Shown here piece by piece: positions 1 to 8,149 of a stretch of DNA of 34,616 nucleotides. The translations under genes and the position numbers were made by a program. The notes under the pieces are model-generated. The model saw only the letters and a program-made list of their open reading frames with translations. It made no database searches and was not told the DNA's origin. The DNA is taken from assembly GCA_046484315.1 (NCBI GenBank), contig JAWOJC010000168.1, positions 1 to 34,616 of the forward strand, written 5' to 3'. Each line of letters begins with the position of its first letter. Positions within the stretch are counted from its first letter, which is position 1. The stretch is from Smithellaceae bacterium. GTDB lineage: Bacteria > Desulfobacterota > Syntrophia > Syntrophales > Smithellaceae.

Positions 1-101
1 ACGAAAAGGGGCGGAAATTTAAGTAATTCTATCGTATTGACGATGACATACCTGAGGACTTCCTGCCTCATGCATTTTTTGTTTCACGGGAGGTAATTGT
101 C

Positions 102-413
102 ATGGTCAGGGCCATTGATTTACAAACAACCATATCGCAGATTTCATCTGCGGAGAAAGTGCAGCAAATTCAACAGCAGCACGCGGATATGCAGCAGAGG
201 CATTTCCAGCTCGAGCTGCAAAAACAGGATCGACTGGCCAAAGATCAGGTGAAGCATTCCGAAGAAGCGGACAGAGCAAAAATCCGCGAAAAGGAAGAGC
301 AGGAAAACAAAAGAAAAAGAGAAAGCAAACAAGAAAAAAATCAGACCCGCCTTCTGGAAATCTTCGACGAAGAAGAATCGGAGGAAGGAGGGATCATCAA
401 CATCACGGTGTGA
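102..413 (+). CDS. Flagellar-cluster hypothetical protein (Gln/Lys/Glu-rich, predicted coiled coil)
   Basis: GGAGG RBS just upstream. N-terminus 'RAIDLQTTISQ', charged coil, C-terminal 'GGIINITV' strand. Coupled to the next gene (1-nt gap). Confidence 0.75.
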   Translation: MVRAIDLQTTISQISSAEKVQQIQQQHADMQQRHFQLELQKQDRLAKDQVKHSEEADRAKIREKEEQENKRKRESKQEKNQTRLLEIFDEEESEEGGIINITV

Positions 414-414
414 C

Positions 415-864
415 ATGAACCTTGCAAATCCCGCTTTTTTACAAATCGGTATTGATCTGGCTCTGCTGGCGGCCATCCTTTTTCTTTTGTGGCGGATCAA
501 TGTCGGCCTGAAAAATCCTCTGATAAAATCCAACAAAGACATGCTCAAGGAACTCAAGGTCATTGTCCGCGAATCCCAGGCGGCTTCCGATGCATTTTTA
601 CAAACCATGGAGCAAAGCCGACTGGCGATCAAGCAGTTGGCCATGGAACTCGACCTCAAGGAAAAAAGGGTGAAGACGCTGCTTGATACTTCCGCAAGCG
701 GGATGTCCAGCGAATCCGCGGGAACGCAGACAAAATATGCCGAGGTCGTGGATATGATTTCCAGGGGCATCTCCCGGGAGCAGGCGGCCCAAGCCACAGG
801 GTTTACGGAAGCCGAGATCGGATTGATCCTTGATCTTTATCGTGTCAAGCAAGAGACAGGCTGA
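415..864 (+). CDS. Membrane-anchored DUF2802/DUF6115-like (SwrB-like) flagellar protein
   Basis: N-terminal TM helix (LQIGIDLALLAAILFLLW), coiled coil, and a C-terminal HTH-like segment 'YAEVVDMISRGISREQAAQATGFTEAEIGLIL'. Confidence 0.65.
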   Translation: MNLANPAFLQIGIDLALLAAILFLLWRINVGLKNPLIKSNKDMLKELKVIVRESQAASDAFLQTMEQSRLAIKQLAMELDLKEKRVKTLLDTSASGMSSESAGTQTKYAEVVDMISRGISREQAAQATGFTEAEIGLILDLYRVKQETG

Positions 865-866
865 TC

Positions 867-2021
867 ATGCCGGTGCTTATTGACCCCAGAGCGCCCGCCA
901 TCGCGACACAGCAGATGGTTCTGACAGGTAAGCCGGAGGGGTTGCCCGGGCTTGCTGTCGGCGAAACGCTTCAGGCGCGAGTGCTTGAAAAAATCGCCGA
1001 AGGCAAATATCTGCTGTCGCTCAAAAATTCGACGCTCATGGCGTCCAGTTCCCTACCGCTCAGGGCCGGAGAAAATTTGCCCGTCAGGGTCACAGCGACA
1101 GGCCCGCAGATTCTTCTAACGATTCTCGATCCGGGAAAGCAACATGCCGATGGCAGGGTCCAGGAGCAATTGCTTCAGTGGCGGGCCAACCCCGATGCGC
1201 TTTTGTCCGTGATGAACAAGCTTGGCGAGTTTTCCAGCCTTTTGAAATCCGACGCGCTGCCTTTAAAGTTTACACAAAGCGAGGTCAACAATCTGATCAG
1301 ATTATTCGATCAGATGATTTTATCGCCCCGTACGAAAGGGGATCCTCTGTTCGTTCGCAATTTTGTCAATACAAGCGGCCTTCTTCTGGAAAAAGCGCTG
1401 GGTGATATTGTTTCCGGCGCTGTTCGGAATGCCCCTTCGAATCTGACAGATAACCTGAAAGCCGCCTTGCTGCGATTGAGCGATCAGATAGTCCGGGCGC
1501 AGATGCAGGGGGATAAAGTCCAGCCGCCAATCATGAACAAACTTCAGGTTCTCGCCACATTGACTCAGGACGCGCTTAAAACCATTGAAACCAGGCAGGC
1601 CGTGAACGTCGTCTTTCAGCAAAGCGATCAGGGCTTGTATCTGCAGGTTCCGTTAGCCCTGGGAGATATGCTCAGGCTGGCCGATGTCTTTATCCGGCCT
1701 GACGGCGGCAATGAAAACAAAGGCGAAGGCTTTGGCAACTGTACGATCACGATATTTCTCAATCTTGATTATCTGGGCGAATTATCCATCGAGGCGCGTT
1801 TGCGTGAAGGCAATTTCCACTGTGTGATTTCCTGTGAGGATGACGATGTCAAAACTCTGATCAACGAAAAGGTGACTGAGTTATGGACAGCCCTGGAATC
1901 TCTGGGATACCATGTGGACGCTTTGCGTTGCCTTCGAAACCCTGACCTGGAAAGCAAACGTATTGAATTTCTTTCTGAACAAAGTTTTTCCCGGATGAAC
2001 CTGATTAATTTTTTTGTTTAG
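867..2021 (+). CDS. fliK: Flagellar hook-length control protein FliK family (paralog type paired with FlhX)
   Basis: C-terminal FliK/T3S4 domain 'YLQVPL...TIFLNLDYLGELSIEARL...LESLGY'. Directly upstream of a FlhB-C-terminal-only gene. Confidence 0.7.
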   Translation: MPVLIDPRAPAIATQQMVLTGKPEGLPGLAVGETLQARVLEKIAEGKYLLSLKNSTLMASSSLPLRAGENLPVRVTATGPQILLTILDPGKQHADGRVQEQLLQWRANPDALLSVMNKLGEFSSLLKSDALPLKFTQSEVNNLIRLFDQMILSPRTKGDPLFVRNFVNTSGLLLEKALGDIVSGAVRNAPSNLTDNLKAALLRLSDQIVRAQMQGDKVQPPIMNKLQVLATLTQDALKTIETRQAVNVVFQQSDQGLYLQVPLALGDMLRLADVFIRPDGGNENKGEGFGNCTITIFLNLDYLGELSIEARLREGNFHCVISCEDDDVKTLINEKVTELWTALESLGYHVDALRCLRNPDLESKRIEFLSEQSFSRMNLINFFV

Positions 2022-2030
2022 GGGTGCGGC

Positions 2031-2327
2031 ATGAAGAAACCAAAAAATACCAAACCGGATATCAAGATGGCTGCAGCCGTCCGTTATGACGCTGAACTTG
2101 AAAACGCGCCCAAGATCACCGCGTCAGGCCGCGGGACCATCGCGGAAAAAATCATCGAACTGGCCAATGAAAACGGTATTCCCGTTAAGAATGATCCCGA
2201 TTTGGTGCAGGTGCTTTCCAAATTGAAGGTCGGCGCAGAGATTCCGGTTGAGCTTTATCGCGCCGTGGCTGAGATCCTTGCCTTTGTCTATTCCTTAAAC
2301 GAAAATCAGCGAATCAAAAACATCTGA
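2031..2327 (+). CDS. flhX: FlhB C-terminal-domain-only protein (FlhX/YlqH/HP1575 type)
   Basis: 'AAAVRYD...APKITASGRGTIAEKIIELA...IPV...EIPVELYRAVAEILAFVY' matches the FlhB-CC subdomain. No TM part. Confidence 0.9.
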   Translation: MKKPKNTKPDIKMAAAVRYDAELENAPKITASGRGTIAEKIIELANENGIPVKNDPDLVQVLSKLKVGAEIPVELYRAVAEILAFVYSLNENQRIKNI

Positions 2328-2349
2328 AAATCGCAGTGAAATCTGGCGG

Positions 2350-2380
2350 GGAAAAAATTTCCCGGCGGTCAATTCTTGCC
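2350..2380. promoter_or_regulatory. Tandem palindromes, candidate enhancer (bEBP) sites for the flgF sigma54 promoter
   Basis: GGAAA-AAA-TTTCC (2350-2362) and GTCAA-TTC-TTGCC (2368-2380), about 120-150 bp upstream of the -24 element. Confidence 0.45.
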
Positions 2381-2445
2381 GGTGCGGGTAGCGTGCAGGC
2401 GGAGTCGCAAAGGTCGTTTTCGGATCTTGTTTTGTCATCTCAAAG

Positions 2446-2473
2446 TATAAAAATAAATAAAATCAAATAGATG
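2446..2473 (+). promoter_or_regulatory. Candidate IHF site
   Basis: A-tract followed by AATCAA-ATAG-ATG (consensus WATCAA-N4-TTR, one mismatch), lying between the candidate enhancer and the sigma54 promoter. Confidence 0.45.
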
Positions 2474-2501
2474 TCGTTGCCATTGCTTCGGAATTCGTTT
2501 A

Positions 2502-2517
2502 TGGCACATCGCTTGCA
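2502..2517 (+). promoter_or_regulatory. Sigma54 (-24/-12) promoter of the flgFGAHIJ operon
   Basis: TGGCAC-ATCGC-TTGCA, an exact match to TGGCAC-N5-TTGC, 27 nt before the flgF ATG. Confidence 0.9.
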
Positions 2518-2544
2518 AAAGTTACGGAAAAAAGGGAGGCACCC

Positions 2545-3258
2545 ATGCGATTCGATGTAACCGATGTGGCGATGGCAGGCGCAAGAAAACTGACACAATT
2601 GGATTTTGTCGCCAACAACCTGGCCAACGCGTCCACGCCGGGATTCAAATCCGAACATTTGTATTACGCCATGACGGGTAAAAAGGCGCAGGAAGGTGCC
2701 ATGATGGATCTGGCGCCAACGTCTACAAGAATGGATTTATCGCAAGGGACGCTCAGCCTGACCGGCAATTCGCTGGATCTGGCCATTGAGGGCGAAGGCT
2801 ACTTCACGATTCAGACCCGGCAGGGCAATGCGTACACGCGAAACGGCAGCTTTGTCATCAATCGCAACAAGGAACTTGTGACCTCGTCGGGAGAGCCTGT
2901 CCTGGGTGATGCGGGTAAAATTATCATTGACGGAGAAAAGCTGCATGTCGATACAGACGGCACCGTTTATGTCGATGAAGCGGCCGTGGGAAAAATCAGG
3001 GTTTCCGCATTTACGAATCCTCACGCACTGACCCGTTCAGCGGAAGGGCGCTTTGTGGATGACGGCAGCGCCGGCGCTAAAACCGCCGCAGGTTACCGGA
3101 TTTCCAGTGGTTATCTCGAAATGTCCAACACCAATGCCATTAAGGAAATGGTCAGTATGATGGAGATTCAGCGGGCATTTGAAACGTATCAGAAAGTGAT
3201 TTTGACACTTACCGATATGGACAAAATATCGACGAACAGAATTGGAAAATTGATTTAG
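2545..3258 (+). CDS. flgF: Flagellar basal-body rod protein FlgF
   Basis: ANNLANASTPGFK, LDLAIEGEGYF, YTRNGSF and LEMSN motifs. GGAGG RBS. Precedes flgG. Confidence 0.92.
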   Translation: MRFDVTDVAMAGARKLTQLDFVANNLANASTPGFKSEHLYYAMTGKKAQEGAMMDLAPTSTRMDLSQGTLSLTGNSLDLAIEGEGYFTIQTRQGNAYTRNGSFVINRNKELVTSSGEPVLGDAGKIIIDGEKLHVDTDGTVYVDEAAVGKIRVSAFTNPHALTRSAEGRFVDDGSAGAKTAAGYRISSGYLEMSNTNAIKEMVSMMEIQRAFETYQKVILTLTDMDKISTNRIGKLI

Positions 3259-3271
3259 CAAGGAGGGCGGT

Positions 3272-4057
3272 ATGATTCGATCATTGTGGACGGCGGCAAC
3301 AGGGATGGTCGCCCAGCAGATAGAGCAGGATGTCGTGGCCAACAACCTGGCCAACGTCAATACAGTCGGTTTCAAAAAGGCCCGGGCGGATTTTCAGGAT
3401 CTCATGTATCAGGTTTACACCAAATCCGGTTCGGAGACGACACAGGGCAATCAACTGCCTGTGGGCATTGAAATCGGCATGGGGGTCAAGCCAGCCTCCA
3501 CACAGAAAATCTTTACGCAGGGCGATTATCAGCAGACCGGCAACAAGTTCGATTGGGCCATTGAAAGAGACGGATTTTTTCAGTTCGACAACAACGGCGC
3601 CACCGTTTACAGCCGGGCAGGTAACCTCAAAATCAACAATGAGGGCATCCTGGTGAACAGTGACGGCCTGCCTCTGATTCCGACGATTTCTGTACCCCAG
3701 GACGCGGTTTCATTCACGATAGACAGCGGCGGCACATGGACGGCGGCGGATGAGGAGGGAAATCCCCTGGCTACCGGCCGGTTGGAACTGGCTACTTTTA
3801 TCAATCCGGCGGGACTCTCCAGCATCGGCAGAAATCTCTTTGAGCAGACGGAGTCCTCCGGAGAAGCGATCACGGGAAATCCCGGTGAAAGCGGGATCGG
3901 CACCATCTCACAGAATTTTCTCGAAATGTCTAACGTCAACGTTATTGATGAAATGGTTCGCATGATTGTCGGTCAACGGGCTTATGAAATCAACTCCAAG
4001 TCCATTCAGACGGCGGACAGCATGTTGTCGATCATCAATGGGCTCAAGAGGTCTTAA
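3272..4057 (+). CDS. flgG: Flagellar distal rod protein FlgG
   Basis: MIRSLWTAATGM, ANNLANVNTVGFKK, FQDLMYQ, LEMSNVN, QRAYEINSK. Confidence 0.97.
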   Translation: MIRSLWTAATGMVAQQIEQDVVANNLANVNTVGFKKARADFQDLMYQVYTKSGSETTQGNQLPVGIEIGMGVKPASTQKIFTQGDYQQTGNKFDWAIERDGFFQFDNNGATVYSRAGNLKINNEGILVNSDGLPLIPTISVPQDAVSFTIDSGGTWTAADEEGNPLATGRLELATFINPAGLSSIGRNLFEQTESSGEAITGNPGESGIGTISQNFLEMSNVNVIDEMVRMIVGQRAYEINSKSIQTADSMLSIINGLKRS

Positions 4058-4792
4058 ATGACAAAAATTTTTAAAAATATTGGATGGGCCTTTCTTCTGG
4101 CAACCTGCCTGGTTGCCGTGTCCGGGCAATCCGCTCTGAGCGCGCAGGAAAAAACGAAGCAGGATCAGGCCGGCGTGATGCAGGCCGTCCGGCAGCACAT
4201 AGAGAATCACGCGCATTGGGCGCCGGACACGATGCGGATTGAATTTCTGCCCCCCATGCCGGTCTTGGCCGGGCTTCAGGGACAGGTGTCCTTCCGGGTG
4301 GAGAGCAAACCCCGTGAAGAGTATATCGGGGAAACGTCCTTTAAACTTAGAATCCTACAGAATAATGTCTTCGTGAAAGAAGAAAACATCCGGGTTCGCA
4401 TTGAAGTTCTGCATGATTTTATAGTCAGCGCAAGTTCTCTGGGCCGGGGTGCGGTTCTTTCGGCGAATGATGTTTCCTTACAGCAGAAGTGGGTGCGCGC
4501 GATTCCGATGAATTCGGTCAATTCCATGGATGATGCGGTGGGTAAATCCCTCAATGCAATCGTTCGTCCCGGCAGCCGGATCACCAGAAGTATGCTCAAA
4601 GATATCTTCCCGGTTCAAAGAGGGAAAAGGGTTCAGGTGGTTTTAGACAACGGGATCATGACGATGGTGATGAATGGCCTGGCCGAGGAAGACGGTGCCG
4701 AAGACGCGATGATCCGGGTGCGCAATCTCAGTTCCAATAAGATTATTTATGCGCGTGTGGTCGGTCAGGGAACAGTTCGGATAGATTTTTAG
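4058..4792 (+). CDS. flgA: Flagellar P-ring formation chaperone FlgA
   Basis: Signal peptide, SAF domain and C-terminal 'VQRGKRV...GLAEEDG...IRVRNLSSNKII'. Confidence 0.92.
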   Translation: MTKIFKNIGWAFLLATCLVAVSGQSALSAQEKTKQDQAGVMQAVRQHIENHAHWAPDTMRIEFLPPMPVLAGLQGQVSFRVESKPREEYIGETSFKLRILQNNVFVKEENIRVRIEVLHDFIVSASSLGRGAVLSANDVSLQQKWVRAIPMNSVNSMDDAVGKSLNAIVRPGSRITRSMLKDIFPVQRGKRVQVVLDNGIMTMVMNGLAEEDGAEDAMIRVRNLSSNKIIYARVVGQGTVRIDF

Positions 4793-4807
4793 AAGGTTGA
4801 GGTTTTT

Positions 4808-5506
4808 ATGAAAAAATACACTTTATATATTGGGATGGCCGCGATGGGCTTGACGTTGATGTTTGCCGGCTGCATGCCTAAAAAAATGGATACCGTTCGA
4901 CCGGACACGACGCAGCAGCCTGTTTTGGAAACGGTAAAGCCGGCGCCCGGTGCGATCTGGCGGGGTGAAAATCAAAAGAGCATGCTCTTTACAGACAAGA
5001 AAGCAAGATCCGTTGATGATATCGTAACGATTATCGTTTCTGAGGCGTCTCAGGGTGGTAACCGGGCCTCGACGGGGACAAGCCGCGATTCGTCAACGTC
5101 CGCCTCCATTACGTCTTTGCTGGGTATTGAAAATTCCATTCTCAGTTCAAACGCAAATATGTCCGGCACCATCGGTCTGGGGGGCACGTCCAACAATGCA
5201 CTGAAAGGTCAGGGTGACACCAGCCGCAACACCACGCTGACGGCGCGGATCAGCGCGAGGGTGATTCGCGTGCTGGAAAACGGCAATATGCTGATTGAGG
5301 GACGAAGGCAGGTAACTGTAAACGCTGAGGATCAATACCTGGTTATCAGCGGGATCATCCGTCCCGAAGACATCACCACGGAAAATTCGATTGCATCACA
5401 GTACATTGCCGACGCGCGCATCATTCTAACAGGGCAGGGTGTGGTCAATGACAAGATGAGACCGGGCTGGCTGACGCGCGTGGTGGATTGGGTCTGGCCG
5501 TTCTGA
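4808..5506 (+). CDS. flgH: Flagellar L-ring lipoprotein FlgH
   Basis: Lipobox FAGC, 'LFTDKKA..VDDIVTI', 'SGIIRPEDI', C-terminal 'PGWL...WPF'. Confidence 0.96.
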   Translation: MKKYTLYIGMAAMGLTLMFAGCMPKKMDTVRPDTTQQPVLETVKPAPGAIWRGENQKSMLFTDKKARSVDDIVTIIVSEASQGGNRASTGTSRDSSTSASITSLLGIENSILSSNANMSGTIGLGGTSNNALKGQGDTSRNTTLTARISARVIRVLENGNMLIEGRRQVTVNAEDQYLVISGIIRPEDITTENSIASQYIADARIILTGQGVVNDKMRPGWLTRVVDWVWPF

Positions 5507-5543
5507 TTCGAAAGACAGGGGCATAATGCGCAAGGAGAGAAAA

Positions 5544-6722
5544 ATGAAAAAAACATATACAGGTATAGCCGTCATCGCGCTTCTGGCCATTTTTTTGGCG
5601 GGCAGTTTTGCCGAAGCGGCCCGTATCAAGGATATTGCTTCCATTGGCGGGGTGCGCGACAACCAGCTCATTGGTTACGGTATTGTGGTGGGTCTGGCCG
5701 GCACCGGTGATGATTTGGCAAAAAATATCTTCACGGCTGCGGCGCTGGCCAACATTATGAACCGCCAGGGTCTGTCGATGAAGGATAAAACAAACGTTCT
5801 GAAGGCGGACAACATCGCGGCGGTTATGGTCACAGCCACTTTACCGCCTTTCGCGAAAAACGGCGCAAAAATTGATGTGATGGTTTCTTCGGTTGGGTCG
5901 GCTAAAAGTCTCCTGGGCGGCACGCTTCTCTTGACCCCATTGCGCGGCGCCGACGGCGAAATTTACGCGGTTGCTCAGGGCGCGGTGTCGCTCGGCGGTT
6001 TCTCCGCGGGCGGCGCAGGAGGCGGTGCGACAAAAAATCATACCACCGTCGGGTCCATTGCCAACGGCGCGTTGGTGGAAAAAGAGTTGGCCTATGACTT
6101 TGATCAGAAACGGATTTTGATGGTCAACCTCCAGCAGCCGGATTTTACGACTTCTTCAAGAATGGCGCAGGCCATCAATTATGCGGTTAAGACCGCTTCC
6201 GCAAAACAAATCGATGCTTTTTCCGTCAGTGTTCAGGCCAAGGATGATTTTACCGGAAGCTTGTCGGAGCTCGTTTATCTCATAGAATCCATTGATGTTC
6301 CCGTGGATGCGTCCGCGATCGTGATTCTGAATGAAAAAACCGGCACGGTTGTAATGGGCGACAATGTTCGTATTTCGACGGTGGCCGTCGCACACGGCAA
6401 TTTAAGCATCCAGATCAAAGAAGACGCGAAGGTGTCGCAACCGCAGCCGTTCGGACCCAGGCCGCCTGCGGCAGGAGCCGCTCTTCCGACAGGACCCGGC
6501 GGTGCGGTGATTACGCCGGGAGGGCAAACGGTGGTGGTTCCGCAGACGGATGTGACGATTGTTGAAGAGCGCAATAAGCTTTTGCTGGTGCCTCAGGGCG
6601 TGACAATTTACGATGTGGTTCGGGCACTCAATGCGATCGGTGTTTCGCCCCGGGATCTGATTACGATTCTTCAGGCGATTAAAGCTGCGGGCGCCCTTCA
6701 GGCGGATATACGGGTTATTTAG
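5544..6722 (+). CDS. flgI: Flagellar P-ring protein FlgI
   Basis: 'RIKDIA..GVRDNQLIGYGIVVGLAGTGD' and 'ILQAIKAAGALQA'. Start placed at ATG 5544 after the AAGGAG RBS. Confidence 0.96.
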   Translation: MKKTYTGIAVIALLAIFLAGSFAEAARIKDIASIGGVRDNQLIGYGIVVGLAGTGDDLAKNIFTAAALANIMNRQGLSMKDKTNVLKADNIAAVMVTATLPPFAKNGAKIDVMVSSVGSAKSLLGGTLLLTPLRGADGEIYAVAQGAVSLGGFSAGGAGGGATKNHTTVGSIANGALVEKELAYDFDQKRILMVNLQQPDFTTSSRMAQAINYAVKTASAKQIDAFSVSVQAKDDFTGSLSELVYLIESIDVPVDASAIVILNEKTGTVVMGDNVRISTVAVAHGNLSIQIKEDAKVSQPQPFGPRPPAAGAALPTGPGGAVITPGGQTVVVPQTDVTIVEERNKLLLVPQGVTIYDVVRALNAIGVSPRDLITILQAIKAAGALQADIRVI

Positions 6723-6738
6723 AGATTGGAGGCGAATC

Positions 6739-7065
6739 ATGACGGACCTATTAAAGTTACAACCGGTTAATCTTCAGCAGGCAGGCGCTGCGCCTCAATC
6801 CAGATATAATGAGGAAGAGCTCAAGAAGTTGAAGAAATCCTGTGCCGATTTTGAATCGATCTTTACCTATCAATTGATTAAAACCATGCGGGCGACCATT
6901 CCCAAAGGGGAGAAGATAGGGGAAAGTTATGGCAAGGAGACCTATACCATGATGATGGACCAGAAGCTGGCTGAAGAAATATCGAGTAAAGGCGATGGTT
7001 TGGGTCTGAAGAAGGTATTGTACGAGCAGTTAACCGGACAGCATGCCAAGGAGGTTGTGAAATAA
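6739..7065 (+). CDS. flgJ: FlgJ rod-binding domain protein (no muramidase domain)
   Basis: 'LKKSCADFESIF..QLIKTMRAT...MMDQKLA...GLGL..VLYEQL', only 108 aa. Confidence 0.88.
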   Translation: MTDLLKLQPVNLQQAGAAPQSRYNEEELKKLKKSCADFESIFTYQLIKTMRATIPKGEKIGESYGKETYTMMMDQKLAEEISSKGDGLGLKKVLYEQLTGQHAKEVVK

Positions 7066-7068
7066 AAT

Positions 7069-7096
7069 TAAAGTTGTGAATTTGTTTTGCCGATAG
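7069..7096 (+). promoter_or_regulatory. Sigma28 (FliA) promoter of flgM
   Basis: TAAAGTT...GCCGATAG (TAAA-N16-GCCGATAG) upstream of flgM. Confidence 0.8.
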
Positions 7097-7132
7097 GTGG
7101 AGTAAGATCACATATCTTAAGGAGAAGTTTCC

Positions 7133-7441
7133 ATGAAAGTATCAGACATCAAGGACATCAACGCGCAGATGATTCAGCAGTACCAGCGGGGGGATAATCT
7201 CGCGGTCGCGGCTGAAAAACAGGTTGCCGGCGCGGCGGTGAAACCGGAAGAAAAAGTTGATCTTTCCACCAGGGCAAAAGAGATTCAGCAAGCGAAAGTT
7301 GAAGTGGCCAGGTTACCTGACGTGCGCGAAGAAAAAGTGCAGGAGATCAGAAGTCAGGTGGAAACAGGCGCCTACAACGTGAGCGGAGAGTCGATTGCCG
7401 ATAAGATGGTGGGAGAATCGATCATAGATCTATTCGCCTGA
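7133..7441 (+). CDS. flgM: Anti-sigma28 factor FlgM
   Basis: 'EKVDLS', 'PDVREEKVQEIRSQVETGAYNVSGESIADKM'. AAGGAG RBS. Confidence 0.93.
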   Translation: MKVSDIKDINAQMIQQYQRGDNLAVAAEKQVAGAAVKPEEKVDLSTRAKEIQQAKVEVARLPDVREEKVQEIRSQVETGAYNVSGESIADKMVGESIIDLFA

Positions 7442-7499
7442 GTGACAGGGAATATTATTTTCCCTTAAAGGATCCCCCGTCTTTTGTCATGGTTTTTAT

Positions 7500-7551
7500 C
7501 CGGCGGTCTTGACTTCTAAAAGGTCAAGGCCTGCCGGCCCCCCCCCTCCCC
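7500..7551 (+). other. Long hairpin followed by a C9-T-C4 tract in the flgM-flgN spacer
   Basis: CCGGC-GGTCTTGAC / GTCAAGGCC-T-GCCGG stem (7500-7537), then poly-C at 7538-7546 and 7548-7551. No U-tail. Confidence 0.6.
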
Positions 7552-7594
7552 ACGTTTGAGCTGCCCAATTTATAAACCCGATAAGGATATCGAT

Positions 7595-8146
7595 ATGTTA
7601 GATCAAGGCACGTTTGTGACGACCTGCCGGGAAGAAATCAGTTGCGAGGGCCTGTTTACGTCTTTAATTGATGTTTTCAGAAAAGAGCTCGGCATCTATC
7701 AGGAGTTGAAGGGTTTTATGGTCAACGAACAGCAGATGCTTCTAAAATCATCGTCCCTTGACCGGTTGAATGAAAACAACGCGGTTAAAGAAAATATCAT
7801 CCTGAAAGCGCGTCTTCTGGAGGAGGTGAGAACCTCCCTTTTGAAAAGAATCGCACGCGAATTCAATGAAAATGATGATTCCGTTGCACTGACCGGTCTT
7901 TTGAAATACGCGGATAACGATCAGAGGAGAACGCTTGCAAACCTGGGAGATCAGCTCATTGCCGCCGCCCGCGACATCACCGCCGCCAATGAAGCAAATG
8001 CGGGACTTCTGGAGATGTCCATGACCAACGTGAGAGGTGCCATCGACTTTTTGAGTTCTCTTGTGAGCCGGTCCGGTGTGTACTCCGGAAGCGGAAAAAT
8101 GAACCTGGTTTCAGGAAACGGGAAGTTTGTAAGGACGGAGGGCTGA
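7595..8146 (+). CDS. flgN: Flagellar export chaperone FlgN
   Basis: All-helical, 'ANEANAGLLE...Y..SG'. Lies between flgM and flgK. ATG 7595 (after AAGGA) preferred to TTG 7556. Confidence 0.85.
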   Translation: MLDQGTFVTTCREEISCEGLFTSLIDVFRKELGIYQELKGFMVNEQQMLLKSSSLDRLNENNAVKENIILKARLLEEVRTSLLKRIAREFNENDDSVALTGLLKYADNDQRRTLANLGDQLIAAARDITAANEANAGLLEMSMTNVRGAIDFLSSLVSRSGVYSGSGKMNLVSGNGKFVRTEG

Positions 8147-8149
8147 AAA

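Noticed and set aside
144-797. 217-aa minus-strand ORF with hydrophobic stretches
   Set aside because: Mirror of two purine-rich + strand genes that have a clear operon context.
6455-6520. Pro/Gly/Ala-rich insert in FlgI as a possible frameshift or intein
   Set aside because: Short, in frame, located in a variable loop after SQP, and lacking splicing motifs.
7443-7555. c-di-GMP riboswitch in the flgM-flgN spacer
   Set aside because: I found no GGCAAAC / GAAA-tetraloop / GCAAAG elements of class I on either strand, and no recognisable class II pattern.
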